Assembly (NCBI RefSeq): GCF_030144855.1
Contig: NC_082731.1
Coordinates: 22,568,001-22,632,000 of the forward strand
DNA: 64,000 nt
Direction: 5' to 3'
From: Hypanus sabinus
Lineage: Eukaryota
The position numbers and the translations under genes are program-made. Shown in pieces: positions 12,049 through 24,892 of the stretch (position 1 is the stretch's first letter; each line of letters starts with the position of its first letter). The notes beneath the pieces are model-generated. The model saw nothing but the letters and a program-made list of their open reading frames with translations. It searched no databases and was not told the DNA's origin.

Positions 12049-14171
12049 TGTCATGGTCCAGTTCGTGAAGTTCGCGTTCCGGTTCACGGTTCGGTCTGTC
12101 TGCCCGTTGATTCAGTTGGACTTAATCAGAGGCACCTGATTCTCAATTTGGTGCTGTTATATAAGCAGCCCTGGGTACATGTCTGTTTGCAGCTTCGTCT
12201 CGTCGGTATCCTGTTCTCGCCTCTGTGGGGCAAGTTAGGCAGTCTTGCCGTTACGCTGCGCTGGGATCTATCCCATCTTTTCCTTAACTCCGGAGGCTTG
12301 GTCAGGCAGTCTTTGCCGTTACCCTGAGGCTGGACAGTTCCCATCTTTCCCTTTGAAGCCTGACTTGAAGCTACCCACTCATGAAACCTTGCCTGCTAAC
12401 CACGCCTGAATCTTTGTCGCTACTCACGCCTGAATACTTGACGGCTACCCACGCCTGCATCCTTTCCTGTATCGCAATAAGTTCAGCCGCCGGAGTGCGA
12501 CCGGATCCTTGCCACGCAAACAGAAGAAAATATCTATCGTTGAGCTTGGAACTGTATCTTTGTGTCCCTGAGTTTCTTCTCCGTGTATGAGTCCAGGCCC
12601 TATGTCCTGTCGCAAAGGAAGGGTCTGGACACTATGTTATGACACGACGTCCACCTTCCAATGAGTGGTCCCGGCTCTGTGTTCTGTATTCCTGTGCTCG
12701 ATCCAAGGCTCTGTGGAGCTTCCATTCCGTGTCTAGGTCTCCAATGATGTTTGATTCCGTGTCCAAGGCTCCGAGGAGGTTTCATTCCTTGTCCTAGGCT
12801 CCGAGTAAGTTCCAGTCCGTGTCCAAGGTTCAGAGAAAGCTCCTGCCGATGTCCAATGGAAATTACAGTCCGTGTCTTGCTCAGCGTCGTTTCCTCCACA
12901 CCTGCCGTGCTTTCGTCATACAGCTTGTCCTCTCCCGAGTACTTCAGTATCTGTTTCTTGCATTTGGGTCCGTTCCAAACGCCCACCATATGACAGGACG
13001 AAGCAGCCACACATGGACCTAGCACCGCAGACACTGTCGTCCAACCCTCGGGATCTGGGGTTCCTTTCTCATTGAATATCCACACGCCCACACGCCAACG
13101 TCGTCCTCTGACCTGGAGATCCTGATTGATCATCCGACGGCTCCCACAGACGTGGGGGGGGGGGGGTGGTGGTGTTGTCATGGTCCTGTCCGTGAACACC
13201 ACGTTCCAGTTCACCATCCGTTCCGTGGGCTCCGGACCCTCGGTCTCCTGGCTGTACATCGTTACAGTTGTGCTTCATCACATGAACCCGATTCTCATAT
13301 TGGGGCTGTAATATCGGTGGCGCTGGGTTCGAGTGTGGTTGCTGCTTCGTCTCAGCGGTATCCTGTTCTCGCCTCGGTGGGGTAAGTCGGGCCTTTCTTT
13401 ACATTACCTTTCGGCGTGCTCTGTCACTTCCTGTGATTGCATCCGTTGGGTAAGTCAGGTTGTCTTCGCCATTACGCCGAGGCTGGACTGGTCCCTTCTA
13501 TGCCTCTGAAGCCTGGCCTGAAGCTCTGCCTGATACCGACGCCAAAAGACTTGCCAGCTACCCACGCGTGAAGATCTGCCGGCTAACCACACTTGAAGCC
13601 CTGCAGGATACCCATGCCTGAAGCCGTGTTTGCTACCCACGCCTGAAGCCTTTCCGGCCACCCACGCTTGAATCCTTGACGACAACCGACGCCTGCATCC
13701 TCGCCTGTATCGCTGTCATTTCAGCTGCCGGTGTGAGACCGGAGCCCCGCCACTCAAACGCAAGGAACTATCTATCGTTGAGCTTGGAACTGTATCTTTG
13801 TGTCCCTGTGTTTCGTCTCCGTGTGTGAGTCCCGACCCTATGTGATGTCCCAAGGAGCGTTCCGAACTCTGTAAAGCCCCGGCCTTCCGTGCTGTTCACA
13901 AGGAGAGGTCCAGGTTCTGTGTTCCTTGTTCTTGTGCTCCAATTCACGGCTCAGTGTTCCTGTGGTCAACTCCAAGGGTCCGTGGAGGTTACATTCGGTG
14001 TCCAAGGCTTAATGGAGGTTCAGGTCCGTGTCCATGTGCTTCCAGACCGTGTCTTGTCTAGCATCGTTTCTTCCACACCTCCCTTGCTTTCTTGATACTT
14101 CTACTCCTCTCCCCATTACTTCAATGTCTTTGATTCCTTTTGCGTCCGTTCCCAATGCCGACCTTATGACA
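12049..14171 (+). mobile_element. Non-autonomous two-LTR retroelement (TRIM-like or internally deleted Sushi-type Gypsy)
   Basis: LTR1 12049-12995 and LTR2 13176-14171, both TGTCATGGTCC...ATGACA; 180-bp internal region with a gag-start-like ATGGACCTAGCA and a G13 PPT at 13154-13166; 5-bp TSD AATCC/GATCC. Confidence 0.85.
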
Positions 14172-17100
14172 GATCCAAAGTAGCTGTTCAAATCGTCTGT
14201 CATAAATATGTTTTGGAATACAGCATTCGGTATTTTAATAAATGTGAACAAGTTGTCGAAATTTACTAGCCAGTAGACATGAGATGGAGAAGGACAAATA
14301 CCAATATAGAAGAAAGAGGCCAGCATTCTCGCAGGCATCGATAAGATTATTCTGCATTTCTCACTATGGAGGAGGACTGTTATAAACTGGATGATGGCAA
14401 AGGTCTGTTCTTCCTTGGGGAAATTCATCCTTCAACAATTTTAAATCTTGATGCAATAGAGCCTTCAGTCCAAATTATGCCCATTATCTTCATCAAGAAT
14501 CAGAGGCGATTTGAAAATATCTTATATAACGTAGCGTCTACTGATTGGTGCACAGGCGGCTGATGACTTTGCTGCCCTGTTGCCCTTCTTTCACGTTGCC
14601 TCAACCCCGCTCAGCACTGTTGCTGGCATTTTTACTTGGGGAATTTCTGTATTGATTTCTTGTCCCTGATTCCTACGGCCATCGTTGTTTGATACACGAT
14701 TAAAACTTTAAACTTCTGGTACCACTTTGTTTTCATAGGAAGTTATTCTTTCCGCGCTGCCTGCATGCAACAGTTCCTCTGAAGGCATTTCTACTTTGTC
14801 GTACTTGGTGCTGTCGCCCATGTATACCTGGCCGCAAGAGGTCCTATGACCTATACCATTGGTTTGGTATTCATTGATCCGCGTTATCAACTCCACAGCA
14901 TCACTTGAAGAAACTGAAAATAACGTATAATTGTATGTCCAGCAGGGCGGAGGATACATATCTGTGAAAGTGACGTTTTCCTATTCCGAGTGGGAAGTAG
15001 TCAACAACAATCGCCAACGGTTGAGAAGCTGTTACTGCAAACACTGAATTACCATCCCTCCTAGGTGCTCTGCTCCATGCTGTTTGACTTCCATGAGGGA
15101 AGGGGTTCAGTAACATTCTGGATACAACACACAAAAGATCAATTCGCAAAACTGGTTAGGAATAGCGAAGAAAGTAGAAACTGAGTTTGTGCATTATAAC
15201 GGTGAAGACCATTAAGGTTCATATTCTTGACGGAGTTCACCTGTCAATGTGCCAGGACCCCTGTTTCATCAATCCAGTCCTACTTTGTATGCAGAGTGAC
15301 AACACGTATGTAGGGCCCATTTTGAAGAAGAGAGAAGGCTACACCAGGAGTTGCAAAGTGCAGTATCTTCAGTTCTTCATTCTGGCGAAACTGACAGTCA
15401 TGTGGAAGTTTGGAAATGTTAACAATTGCTTGGATTCAAGACATTCCTTTTATTGTATCGTGATCAATTTTTCAGTGAGAAGGGAAATGGTCTGGTGAGA
15501 CAAGTGTCCAGGCAATTTTTTGCAATCAGGAGCGAAAAAAATTATCATCGTATTAACGGTCGTAATAATATTCCCATTTTCGATATATCGGCCAATCAAT
15601 TTTCTATGCAAGGAATTATATTTATTGCGTCATCTTCTCGAAAGATCCGGAAAAAAAAAATAAGAGGAAGAAAAAAGAACAACGCCAACTCGGGCAAAGC
15701 ACATTTGGAGATGAGATGTGTTACTTTACTGGCCTGTCGCTGAAAATTAAACATTCGGTACATTTAGCACATTTGTTGTTTTTCTCAGTAGTAGCGGGAC
15801 AGCGCAGAGGACGGCCTGACAAGCCTTTAGCACGCAACCACGGACAAAACTGATCATTTCGAGGTGATCTTGGAACAATATACACTTCTAATTAACCCAA
15901 AACGTAGTCTTTGAATTCCGAGGTTAACCAATTGCTCTGTGGAACCTCCAAGTATTCGAAAGTGTGGACGTACAGAGTCACTTCACAACAGAGCGCAGAA
16001 ATTAACTTTTAACTCCAAAAAGACCCAAACTTTAGCAGAGCCGAGCTAACCACAGACCTAAGTGGAGTCGAAGTAGATAGACTCTGCCTACTGTGTATGG
16101 AGTGACACACAGATTTGTGTGGCTGCAATTAATTATTCCTTTTTCCCAGTTTAAACATTGAATTTTGTTTTTTTTTTATTTGTCGAATCTTAAAGGGAAA
16201 TAGTTGTTATTATGTCACAATTTGTAAGAATTGGTAAGCAGCTTCCCGAATCCAGCAATGGAAAAGGGAAAATGTCGGACGAAACGCCAGATTGGGTCGT
16301 GCGATTAGAAAACTCGCTGATGAGTCTTGATAAGAATGTAGCCAACAACACGGTAAAACTTGATGCTCTCACTTCTGAGGTAAGTCGATAAGACAGAGTT
16401 TCAATTTGTGGATGAGAACATTATCTCCCGGAATTCTGATGTTAAAGAGGCGAAACGGCAAATTGTAGTAATGTCAACGCGTTTGGAAAAGTCACAAAAT
16501 CAGATCATCGATTTGGAAGCAAGATTTCGGTGGAATAACATTCGAACTATTGGATTGAAGGAAGGATCCGAGACTGGAGAGTTATTAGACTATTTTTCTA
16601 ACCTGTTTCAATCTCTTTATCCGGATATTTCATCTCAACCTCCCGATATCGAAAAAGTGCACAGAATGTTTATTGCAACATCTAGCCAAGACAGTCCAAC
16701 GTCAGTTTTGGTCTCCTTTCTTCATTATAAATCTAAAGACCGAATTATAAAATATGCAAGGAAACATTAAGTTTTCAAATGTAAAGTTTACCAGCTTCGC
16801 TTGTATGAAGATTATCCACGAGAGTTTATGGCTTTGCGGTCGAAATTCTTTCCAACCATGAAGATAGCCTATGATAAGGGATTGCTCCCTTCACATCAAT
16901 ATACAGCTTGATTAAAAAATTGTTCCTGAAGAATCACCTCCACGTGTTTTTTCTTACTTCTGGACCCCAAGAGGCGCTGGACTGTTAATTCCACTCTGGC
17001 TGTAGTCGAAGTTTGAATGTTTTTTTTGTCTGCTGAATAATCGTTTTTTTTTTTTTCGGAATGAAGATAAGCTTTGAATATTTTTGATTTGCGTAAAATG

Positions 17101-17544
17101 TCCTTTGATTGACCCATCATTCAAAGAAAATATGAACCTTTGGATGTGTATAATGAGTGATTTTTCAACATCTGTTTGGTCTACTAAGTGAACTATGACA
17201 ACGGATAGATTGATTGTTAATATGTTTTATTATTTGTTTCGTTCTCAGTCTTTTATTGATTAAGTAATAGTTTCCATAGTTCATAAGGATTTTTTTCATT
17301 ATACAAATGTGAGGGCTAAGTCGAAAGATAATAAGTTTTTTTTCGAAAAAAAATCCTTTCTCATTGGGCGTGTCAGTTTAATGGAAACGGTGCTGATGTT
17401 TCTTCACTGGAGATTACATAGGTATTTTTCTCTTTGTTTTATTTTTAGCTTTGGCGTCCTTGGAGATTGTTTCACATTCCCCAGAGTGTTTTCAAGGATT
17501 ATGTATAAACACTTCTTTCTCTGACTTTATGTTGAATAAGGAGA

Positions 17545-17867
17545 CCTAGATGCTATAGAGAAAAACGGAGCAGTGCTGGCCTTTTGGCCCATATTGTTCT
17601 GAATACATTTCAATTTATTTTATGATTAATTTATATTTTACCCTTAGAGAATTCTATTCGTCCTTCACTATCAGCCTAATTAGGAGCGTCTTGAATGTCC
17701 TTGTTGTGTCTGCCTCTATGACTAACCATGTTGGTTCTTTCCATGTCCCCAATGGACTATGAAAAGAAATATCTCTGAGATCCCTATACTTTCTTCTGAC
17801 CACTGTAAAATTCTGTCCTCTTGTATTAACCATTTCAGCTGGCAATCTGTCCATGATTTACTGACTA

Positions 17868-17869
<2 letters not shown>
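17545..17869 (-). mobile_element. CR1 3' end fragment inserted in the L1 inter-ORF region
   Basis: Similar to the CR1 3' UTRs elsewhere in the window. Confidence 0.6.

Positions 17870-17933
<64 letters not shown>
17870..17933. repeat. (AT)n microsatellite
   Basis: Directly visible. Confidence 0.95.
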
Positions 17934-17936
<3 letters not shown>

Positions 17937-20900
17937 TTAGAAGTAAGGCCTGTAAGTGGGCCGAAGAAATTGTTAACAAGACGTGATATGGTTGCTTTGT
18001 AGTGTTAGTTTTTTTTTAATAATTATTAAAATATATTTTTTGTAGTGCTTTTTTCTATTTTGTCACAGTATATTGTCTTCTTTTGTAACCGGGTGGAATG
18101 AATGAAGGAAAGCTTTTTAATATCACTATTATACAATGGGCAGCTTCCGGAGTCCCTCCCTTTTTTTATTATTCTGTGAGGGTGCATTTTGGCTTATTTT
18201 GCCGAATTTCGAGCTATTTGAGGTAGTGGGAGGATTGGGATTGGTTTTGATTTATAGGATTAATTGTAAGATTGATTTTAGTTTTACTTTTGGCTTTTTT
18301 TCCCATTACGTACTACCGAAACATGCATATATTATGTATGGTTGTACTTACCACGGCTAGATTTGTTTAGACTGCAATGGTATGCGTTCATTTATATGTT
18401 ATGTAGAATACCTTTTTTATATGGCAATTAAAAATATAAATGTTATTAGTTGGATATATCCTCCTATTATGCAAAATAAGACTTTTAAAATCATTAGCCG
18501 ATTCCAACGCAAAATAATAAATTTTCAAGAAATGTAAATGAAAACGGGTGTTCAAAATAGATTTTACTTAAGATGTTGAAGGGCCCTCAATTTCACGTTA
18601 CTTGTCAAAATAAAACCAAAAGAGTGTATGTTTTTATTAAATCTATTTTTTTATTCAAGAAGATATTGTGTCAGATATTAATGGTAGATGTTTAATTGCT
18701 AAAGGAAAAATGTGTAATAGAAAAGTTGTTCTGCTTAACCTGTATGGACCTAATGTAGATGACCATTTTTAAATGTATTTACTTTATTGGCGGACTTACA
18801 TGATTATACGTCGTTAATGGGTGGTGATTTTAACTGTTGTCTAAAGCCTTTGATCTACAAGAGATCAGCCAATCAGCGGCTTCCTAGTTGTTCGGCATCA
18901 CTAAATAACTCTTCTCTAATTGATTTTGGCCTGGTTGAAATTTAGAGACAATTACATCAAATGAGAGAGATTATTTTTTTTCACACGGTCGCAAATAATA
19001 TTAGAGAATCGATTACTTTATAATCGATCCTCGATATTTGTCCAAATTCCAGAAATGCGAATATGATGCTGTAGCTCATTCGGATCATGTGCCTTTAAAA
19101 TTAATTATTGATTTGAATGATGTCGCTATAGGAAATTTGCCCTGGCGTTTTCCGGAACATTTTTTACAAAGTCCGGACTTCGTCAAATTTGTTGAGACTG
19201 AGATATATATTTTTTTATTTCTTTTTAACAATACGGGAAATGTATCGAAATTTATTATATGGAGAACATTTAAAACATATTTGCGCTGTCACAGACTTTC
19301 CTATTCAGCTAAGCTTAAGAAGCAGTCATAAACACAGTTAGATAAGATTTCCAAACAATTTAAAGACGTGGATAATATTTTGCAATCTCTCCTAACATTG
19401 ATTTATTTAAACAAAGTTGAACTCCAATCAGAATATAATTTATTATTAGCTTATTCTGTTGGAAGTAATTTGCTTAATTTGAAAAGTCAATTTTATGTGT
19501 TTGGAGATAAAAATAATAAGCTATTAGCATCTCAATTAAAAGCCGCTAGAGCTAAAAGAAAAATTAAGGAAAAAATCGTAAGGGAGATGGTAGTATAGCA
19601 TGTAATTATGAAGCTTTCAAAAATTCTTTTCAAAACTTTTATAAGGAACTTCATAAATCTCAGTATCCGGTTAATTCTTCCAAAATGAATGCCTTTTTAC
19701 AAATGATTGATTTTCCTCAAATTTCAGTTGAAGATCAACATGCTCCACTTACTGAAAATGAAATTCAGAAAGTTATTTTTTTCAATGCAATCTGAAATAT
19801 CTCCTTGACTGGATGGTTAATCTGTACGATTTTATACACACATGAAAACATTGCTCTCCTCATATACGTTGGAGAATTACCTCCCACAATTTATGAAGCT
19901 TCTATTTCTTTAATTCTTAAGAAAAGTAAATATCCTGCTGACTTTGCTTCATATAGACGTATTTTATTATTAAATGTGGATGCTAAAATTCACTCAAAAG
20001 CAATAACTTATCGACTGGAGTATAGACTAAAATTATTTCTTAAGATCAAACAGGTTTTGTAAAGAGCCGCTATTCCTTTTCTAATGTTCGGAGACTTTTA
20101 AATATTATATATTCATACTCTTCTAAGGCTCCCCAGTGTGTCGTCATTCTTGATGCTGAAATAACATTTGACAGAGATGAATGGAAATACTTATTTAATG
20201 TTTTAGAGAAATTCGGCTTTGGTATTAATTTTAATAAGCGGACCAGAATGATTTGTAAAAGCTCTATTGCTACTCAATTGCATATCTCCTTTTTCGGCTT
20301 TCACTGGGTACCAGACAAGGATGTTCCTTAAGTCCTTTGTTATTTATTTTTTGCTGTAACGCTTGGCCATTGCACTTCGTGAAGCAAAAGATATTCATGG
20401 AATTCTTCAAAATTGGACTGTTCATAAGATCTGTTTATACTGATGATACTTTAGTTTATATCTCTAATCCTGAAGAATCCATTCCTAGTTTACTGAAACT
20501 AATAAACGATTGTGTAACGTTTTCGGTATATAAACTAAACTTTCATAAAAGTGAGTTATTTCCCCTAAAAGTTTCTGTTTCTATATATGCTCACATTTCT
20601 TTTAGAGTTGCGGACTCATTTAAATATTTAGACATTATTTTCACTAAAAATCTTAATGATCTTTATAAGGCTAATTTGGTTCCTGCAGTGGATTTTAGGA
20701 AGGAAATATTTTGTAGATGGAATCAACTGACACTTACACTAGTTGGCCGCTTGGTTGGTTGCCCATTTTGAAGTTGGTCAATTCTTCTTCGTTTTGTGCA
20801 CATTGCGCTTTAGTTCAATTTAAAATTGAACATCGTTATTATCTGACAAAGGAGAGAATGTCTAAAATATTTCCTAATATTGATAGTCAGTGTGACAGAG

Positions 20901-22064
20901 ACAGCCACATTGACACATATGTTTTGGTCGTCTTCTGTATTGAAACCGTTCTGGATGTCTAATTTTTCTACAATTTCTAAAGCTTTAGAAATTAATTTCC
21001 AACCTAATAAATTGGAAGTTTCATTTGATATAGTTCCTCAAAAATTTCTCCATGAGACCAACATGTAATTGCATTTGTTACATTATTGGCCAGAAGGGCT
21101 ACTTTGTTGTAATGGAAAGACGCTTCTGCTCCTACTTCGAAACAATGTTTTCTCAACTGATGTTATGTCTTACTTTGTAGAAAATCAGAAGTCGGAATTT
21201 TGATCCTCGATTCGAATTTGAGAAAAGGTGGGTTTCGTTCGCCCGCGACTATCTGATTTGAGTTAATTAGTATGGTTTCCTTTTGACTTTACTTTGAGTT
21301 TTGCAGTTGGCGGATTATTTTTTTTTTTTTTTGAGGTTTGTATGATGTATAGTTCCGGGGTTGTGCTCCCGATGTGCTTTTCTTTTTCAGTTCGTTCTGG
21401 GTTTTTTAGTTAGTTGGTACTTCGTTTTTTCATTCGTTTTCTGTCAAAAAATATTCTTAAAACTTTATTATTCTTCTTATTATTGATATACTGCGTATTT
21501 TTATTAACTAGGTATTTGCCAATGTAGTTCTTTATTTTATATAATGACATATTGACCTATTGTATATTGTTGTTATTTTTGAATAATAATTACTAAAGTA
21601 AGATTTGAAATGGACAGACTGACAGAAAATCAGGCTAGAGAGTTAAGATTTTCTTAAGTAGAATACACAAAATCAGATAGGAATATACATGTATGTGAAG
21701 TCCTGGAGGGTTAACCAGTCAGATTATTGTCCTATCGGGAGGAAATGTTCCATGGGAGAAAATCAATATTGTGAAAATAATACGTGGAAATACTGCCGGA
21801 GTAGCAGGCGCAAAACGATTAGGCAGATAAGAGAGAAGGATGTGGGAGGCAATAATACAACTTGCACAATGCACAAGCACAAAGAATACAAAAGGCAAGA
21901 TGGAAAGAGTGAGGGTAAATAGTGGAAAAGAAGAAATTACAGATAGATACGTAGCAGACAAACAGCTGGACAGACGAAGTAAATAGCAAGTAAATGGAGT
22001 GGCTGGAGAGTCAGAGAGAAGAGAGAGGGAGAGAGGAGGCTGGAGTAAGAGACGATCTACAGAG

Positions 22065-22870
22065 AGATATACTTTATTCATCCCGAGGGAAATTGGGTTT
22101 CCTTACAGTCACACCAACCAAGAATAGTGCAGAAACATAGCGATATAAAATCATAAATAATGGAATAATAATAAATTATGCCAAGGAGAAATAAGTCCAG
22201 GGCCAGCCTATTGGCTCAGGGTGTCTGACACTACGAAGGAGGAGTTGTAAACTTTGATGGCCACAGGCAGGAATGACATCCTATTAGGCTTAGTTTTGCA
22301 TCTCGGTGAGTCTCCAGCTGAATGTAAACCTGTGCCTATTCAGTACATTACTGTGTGGATGGGAGACATTGTCCAAGAAGACATGCAACTTGGACGGCAT
22401 CCTCTTTTCAGACACCACCCTCATAGAGTCCTCCTCCACCCCCACGACATCACTGTACTTTAGACTGAGTTTCTTGATTCTGTTTGTGTCAGCTACCCTC
22501 AGCCTGCTGCCCTAGCACACAACAGCAAACATGATAGCATTTGCCAGCACTGACTCGTAGAATATCCTCAGTATCGTTGGACAGATGTTAAAGGACCTCA
22601 GTCTCCTCAGGATGTAGAGACGGTTCTGGCCCTTATTGTTTACAGATCAGTGTTTTTTGAGCTGTCCAGTTTTTTGTCGATTCGTTTCCCCAGGTATTTG
22701 TGATCCTCCACCATGTCCACACTGACCCATTGGATGGAAACAGGGGTCACCGGTGCCTTAGCCTTCTTCAGATCCACCACCAGCTCCTTAGTCTTTTTTT
22801 CACATCAAGCTCCAAATGATTCTGCTCACACCATTTGACAATGCTTCCCACCGTAGACCTGTACTGCGCC
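22065..22870 (-). mobile_element. Rex1/Babar LINE 3' part
   Basis: Minus strand encodes KGQNRLYILRRLRSFNICPTILRIFYESVLANAIMFAVVC.GSRLRVADTNRI, typical of Rex1/Babar; 3' tail near 22070. Confidence 0.8.
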
Positions 22871-23728
22871 TCATCTCCCTTGCTAATGCTTCCAAGTATG
22901 GCAGAGTCAACAGAAAGCTGTATTAAAAAAAAAGAGAATATTAACAAAGCGACACATGTATCAAGGAACCATATAGACAGAATTGAACATGGGGAGGTAT
23001 GGGTGGCTAGACGCAGCCAGAGATCAGTAGGTATAAAGATAACGAAGGTTACAGAGAAAGAAAGGGAGTAAAAATAAACAGTAAAATATACAAGGATATT
23101 GAAGTAGATAGAAATTAAGAGGGGGAAAGAGAGCTTGTGCGAGATGGAGATGAAGAAGGAGAACCAATACTACACGGCATTCATTCTTTGTGCTCCTTAC
23201 AGATTATTTTGGTTGTGCTGCGCACTGAAACTCTGTAAACATGTGCATTTTTTACATTAAAAGGGGGTAATCTTTGTACCGTGGTGCTCATGTACTCCTG
23301 GGTTGTCGACAATTCTGGTATTTTTCAACAGGGAGGAGCGAGAAGCGTACCCGGCGCGGTACGTTGTGTTCGCCATGTTTAGGCTAAATTAATTTTTGAG
23401 AACGGACAGACAAAGCATTCAAATACACATACTTAAAAGGGCATGATACATTTCTTTCAGCATCCTGAGATATTTCCGGAATATCGGCTGCAATGTGTCC
23501 AATATTCTCCAGAATGTCTGGGCGCGTTTTACGTCGAGCTGTACAAAGATCTACGGATCATATGTAAATATTTTAGAGGTCCCTGTGTCTTATTGCGCCA
23601 TATATCTCCACGCCATCGAAATCTACCTATCGTGACGGGTACACTCATAATGGTAACCTGAGTGAAGCTAAGCTCGATTAGCACTAAAAATTCAGACGAT
23701 AACAAATTGAAGAATGATAGTATATGAG

Positions 23729-23760
23729 CACACACACGAAAACACACACACACACGCACA

Positions 23761-23802
<42 letters not shown>
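23729..23802. repeat. (CA)n microsatellite about 640 bp upstream of the V start codon
   Basis: Directly visible. Confidence 0.95.
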
Positions 23803-23803
<1 letters not shown>

Positions 23804-24272
23804 GTATACAGACGCCCGCGAGTGCGTGCTGTAATAGAGACAAACTTACAGCTGCAGACACTGCGCAGTGAATGAAGCAACAATGACAAGTGCGAAAATA
23901 TAGACACCGAGAAGCAGAGATACTTATATACTACAATGCGGGCAATAGCTTCACCATACAGAACTGCAAATAGTCAGTGACGTAGTCAATTTATTTTCGT
24001 TTTGTTTGTCTCTATGGAAAATCTCGATTTATATGGAAGTAGTATATGTCTCAGGAACCGACCGACGTCTGAGATTTGCACTTGTAGTTATCGGTGCTTT
24101 GCTGAAGGTCGACAAGAAGCTCTATTTTACTATTTCCACCAGATATTTCTTTGCATGTCGATAGACTGCACCACGTAAAAAAGTATTTTCGAGAGCTGCA
24201 GGCTTATGTCCTCAGAGGGCTGTATCAGTCACGGAACGGGGTGTGAGTTTCTTTCCTTGAGGTGCATGGACC

Positions 24273-24344
24273 TGACGCATCTGGGAAAATGGGCGGAGCA
24301 TGTATCGGGCGGCTGCGTTCCAATTGGCTGGTTTTCATTTCCTG
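24273..24344 (+). promoter_or_regulatory. Putative V-gene promoter motif cluster
   Basis: TGACGCA (CRE/ATF half-site) 24273, GGGCGG at 24291 and 24307, CCAATTGG at 24320, minus-strand CAGGAAAT (ETS-like) at 24337, all 100-170 bp upstream of the ATG; motif matches only. Confidence 0.45.
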
Positions 24345-24439
24345 GTCATTACTGCAGTTAAACAGTAGAATAAACAATTCTGAATCCTGTCGATATCTCA
24401 TTTAGCAGAAAATCATTCAACACATTCTTCATTAAAATA

Positions 24440-24485
24440 ATGTGGAGATTCGCCATCTGGATTGTGTGTGGAACCTGGTTAAGTG
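24440..24485 (+). CDS. TRAV/TRDV: TCR V gene leader exon (MWRFAIWIVCGTWLS-G)
   Basis: 46-nt hydrophobic leader exon ending phase 1 at GT 24486; 100-nt GT-AG intron ending TTTTTTTTAG at 24585. Confidence 0.9.
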
Positions 24486-24585
24486 GTTTGTACGCCGCAG
24501 ACAATTCAGAAGTTTTCTCGAAACTGAATTATAAAAAAAGAAAACATCTCAATATAACATTTAATGTTTTGGCATTTTTTTTTAG

Positions 24586-24892
24586 ATACGAGTCATGGAA
24601 ACTCTGTCACTCAGACAATGCCGCCACAAGTGAGGGCTGAAGAAGAAGCTGTGACTTTCACCTGCACCTACTATACTGCATGGAGCGACTATCATCTATA
24701 TTTCTACCGACAAGGGCCAGAGCAAATTCTCGAATACATGCTGCACAAAGGTTCAGGGGGATATGAGCATAAAGCCGAATTTGCCAAAAAACGCTTCGAA
24801 GTCTCTCTGAACAAGGGAAAAAAATCATTTAGTGTCACCATCTCAGAGCTGCAAATGAGCGACTCCGCAGTTTATTACTGTGCCCTGAAGCT
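24586..24892 (+). CDS. TRAV/TRDV: T-cell receptor alpha/delta-type variable segment, V exon
   Basis: DTSHGNSVTQ..VTFTC(24663)TYYTAWSDYHLYFYRQ..RFEVSLNKGKKSFSVTISELQMSDSAVYYC(24879)ALK; Ig V-set fold with both cysteines, open frame, in phase with the leader; the YYCAL end and overall pattern resemble TRDV1/TRAV38-like genes. Confidence 0.92.

Larger units (their letters stand above)
15760..21590 (+). mobile_element. L1/Tx1-like LINE, near full length, decayed
   Basis: ORF1 fragment 16408-16770 (LEARFRWNNIRTIGLKEG..DIEKVHR, L1 ORF1-like); ORF2 fragments SDHVPLKL (APE), SYRRILLLNVDAKI, SVYTDDTLVY (RT) and LTHMFWS (C-terminal CCHC region). Confidence 0.85.

Noticed and set aside
12350-13700. Short 16-30 bp tandem repeats that superficially resemble a CRISPR array
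   Set aside because: Degenerate tandem units inside LTRs with no unique spacers or cas genes; eukaryotic context
14200-15180. Minus ORF with SCGQVYMGDS, resembling a GIY-YIG half-motif
   Set aside because: Single short motif with no supporting residues; left unassigned
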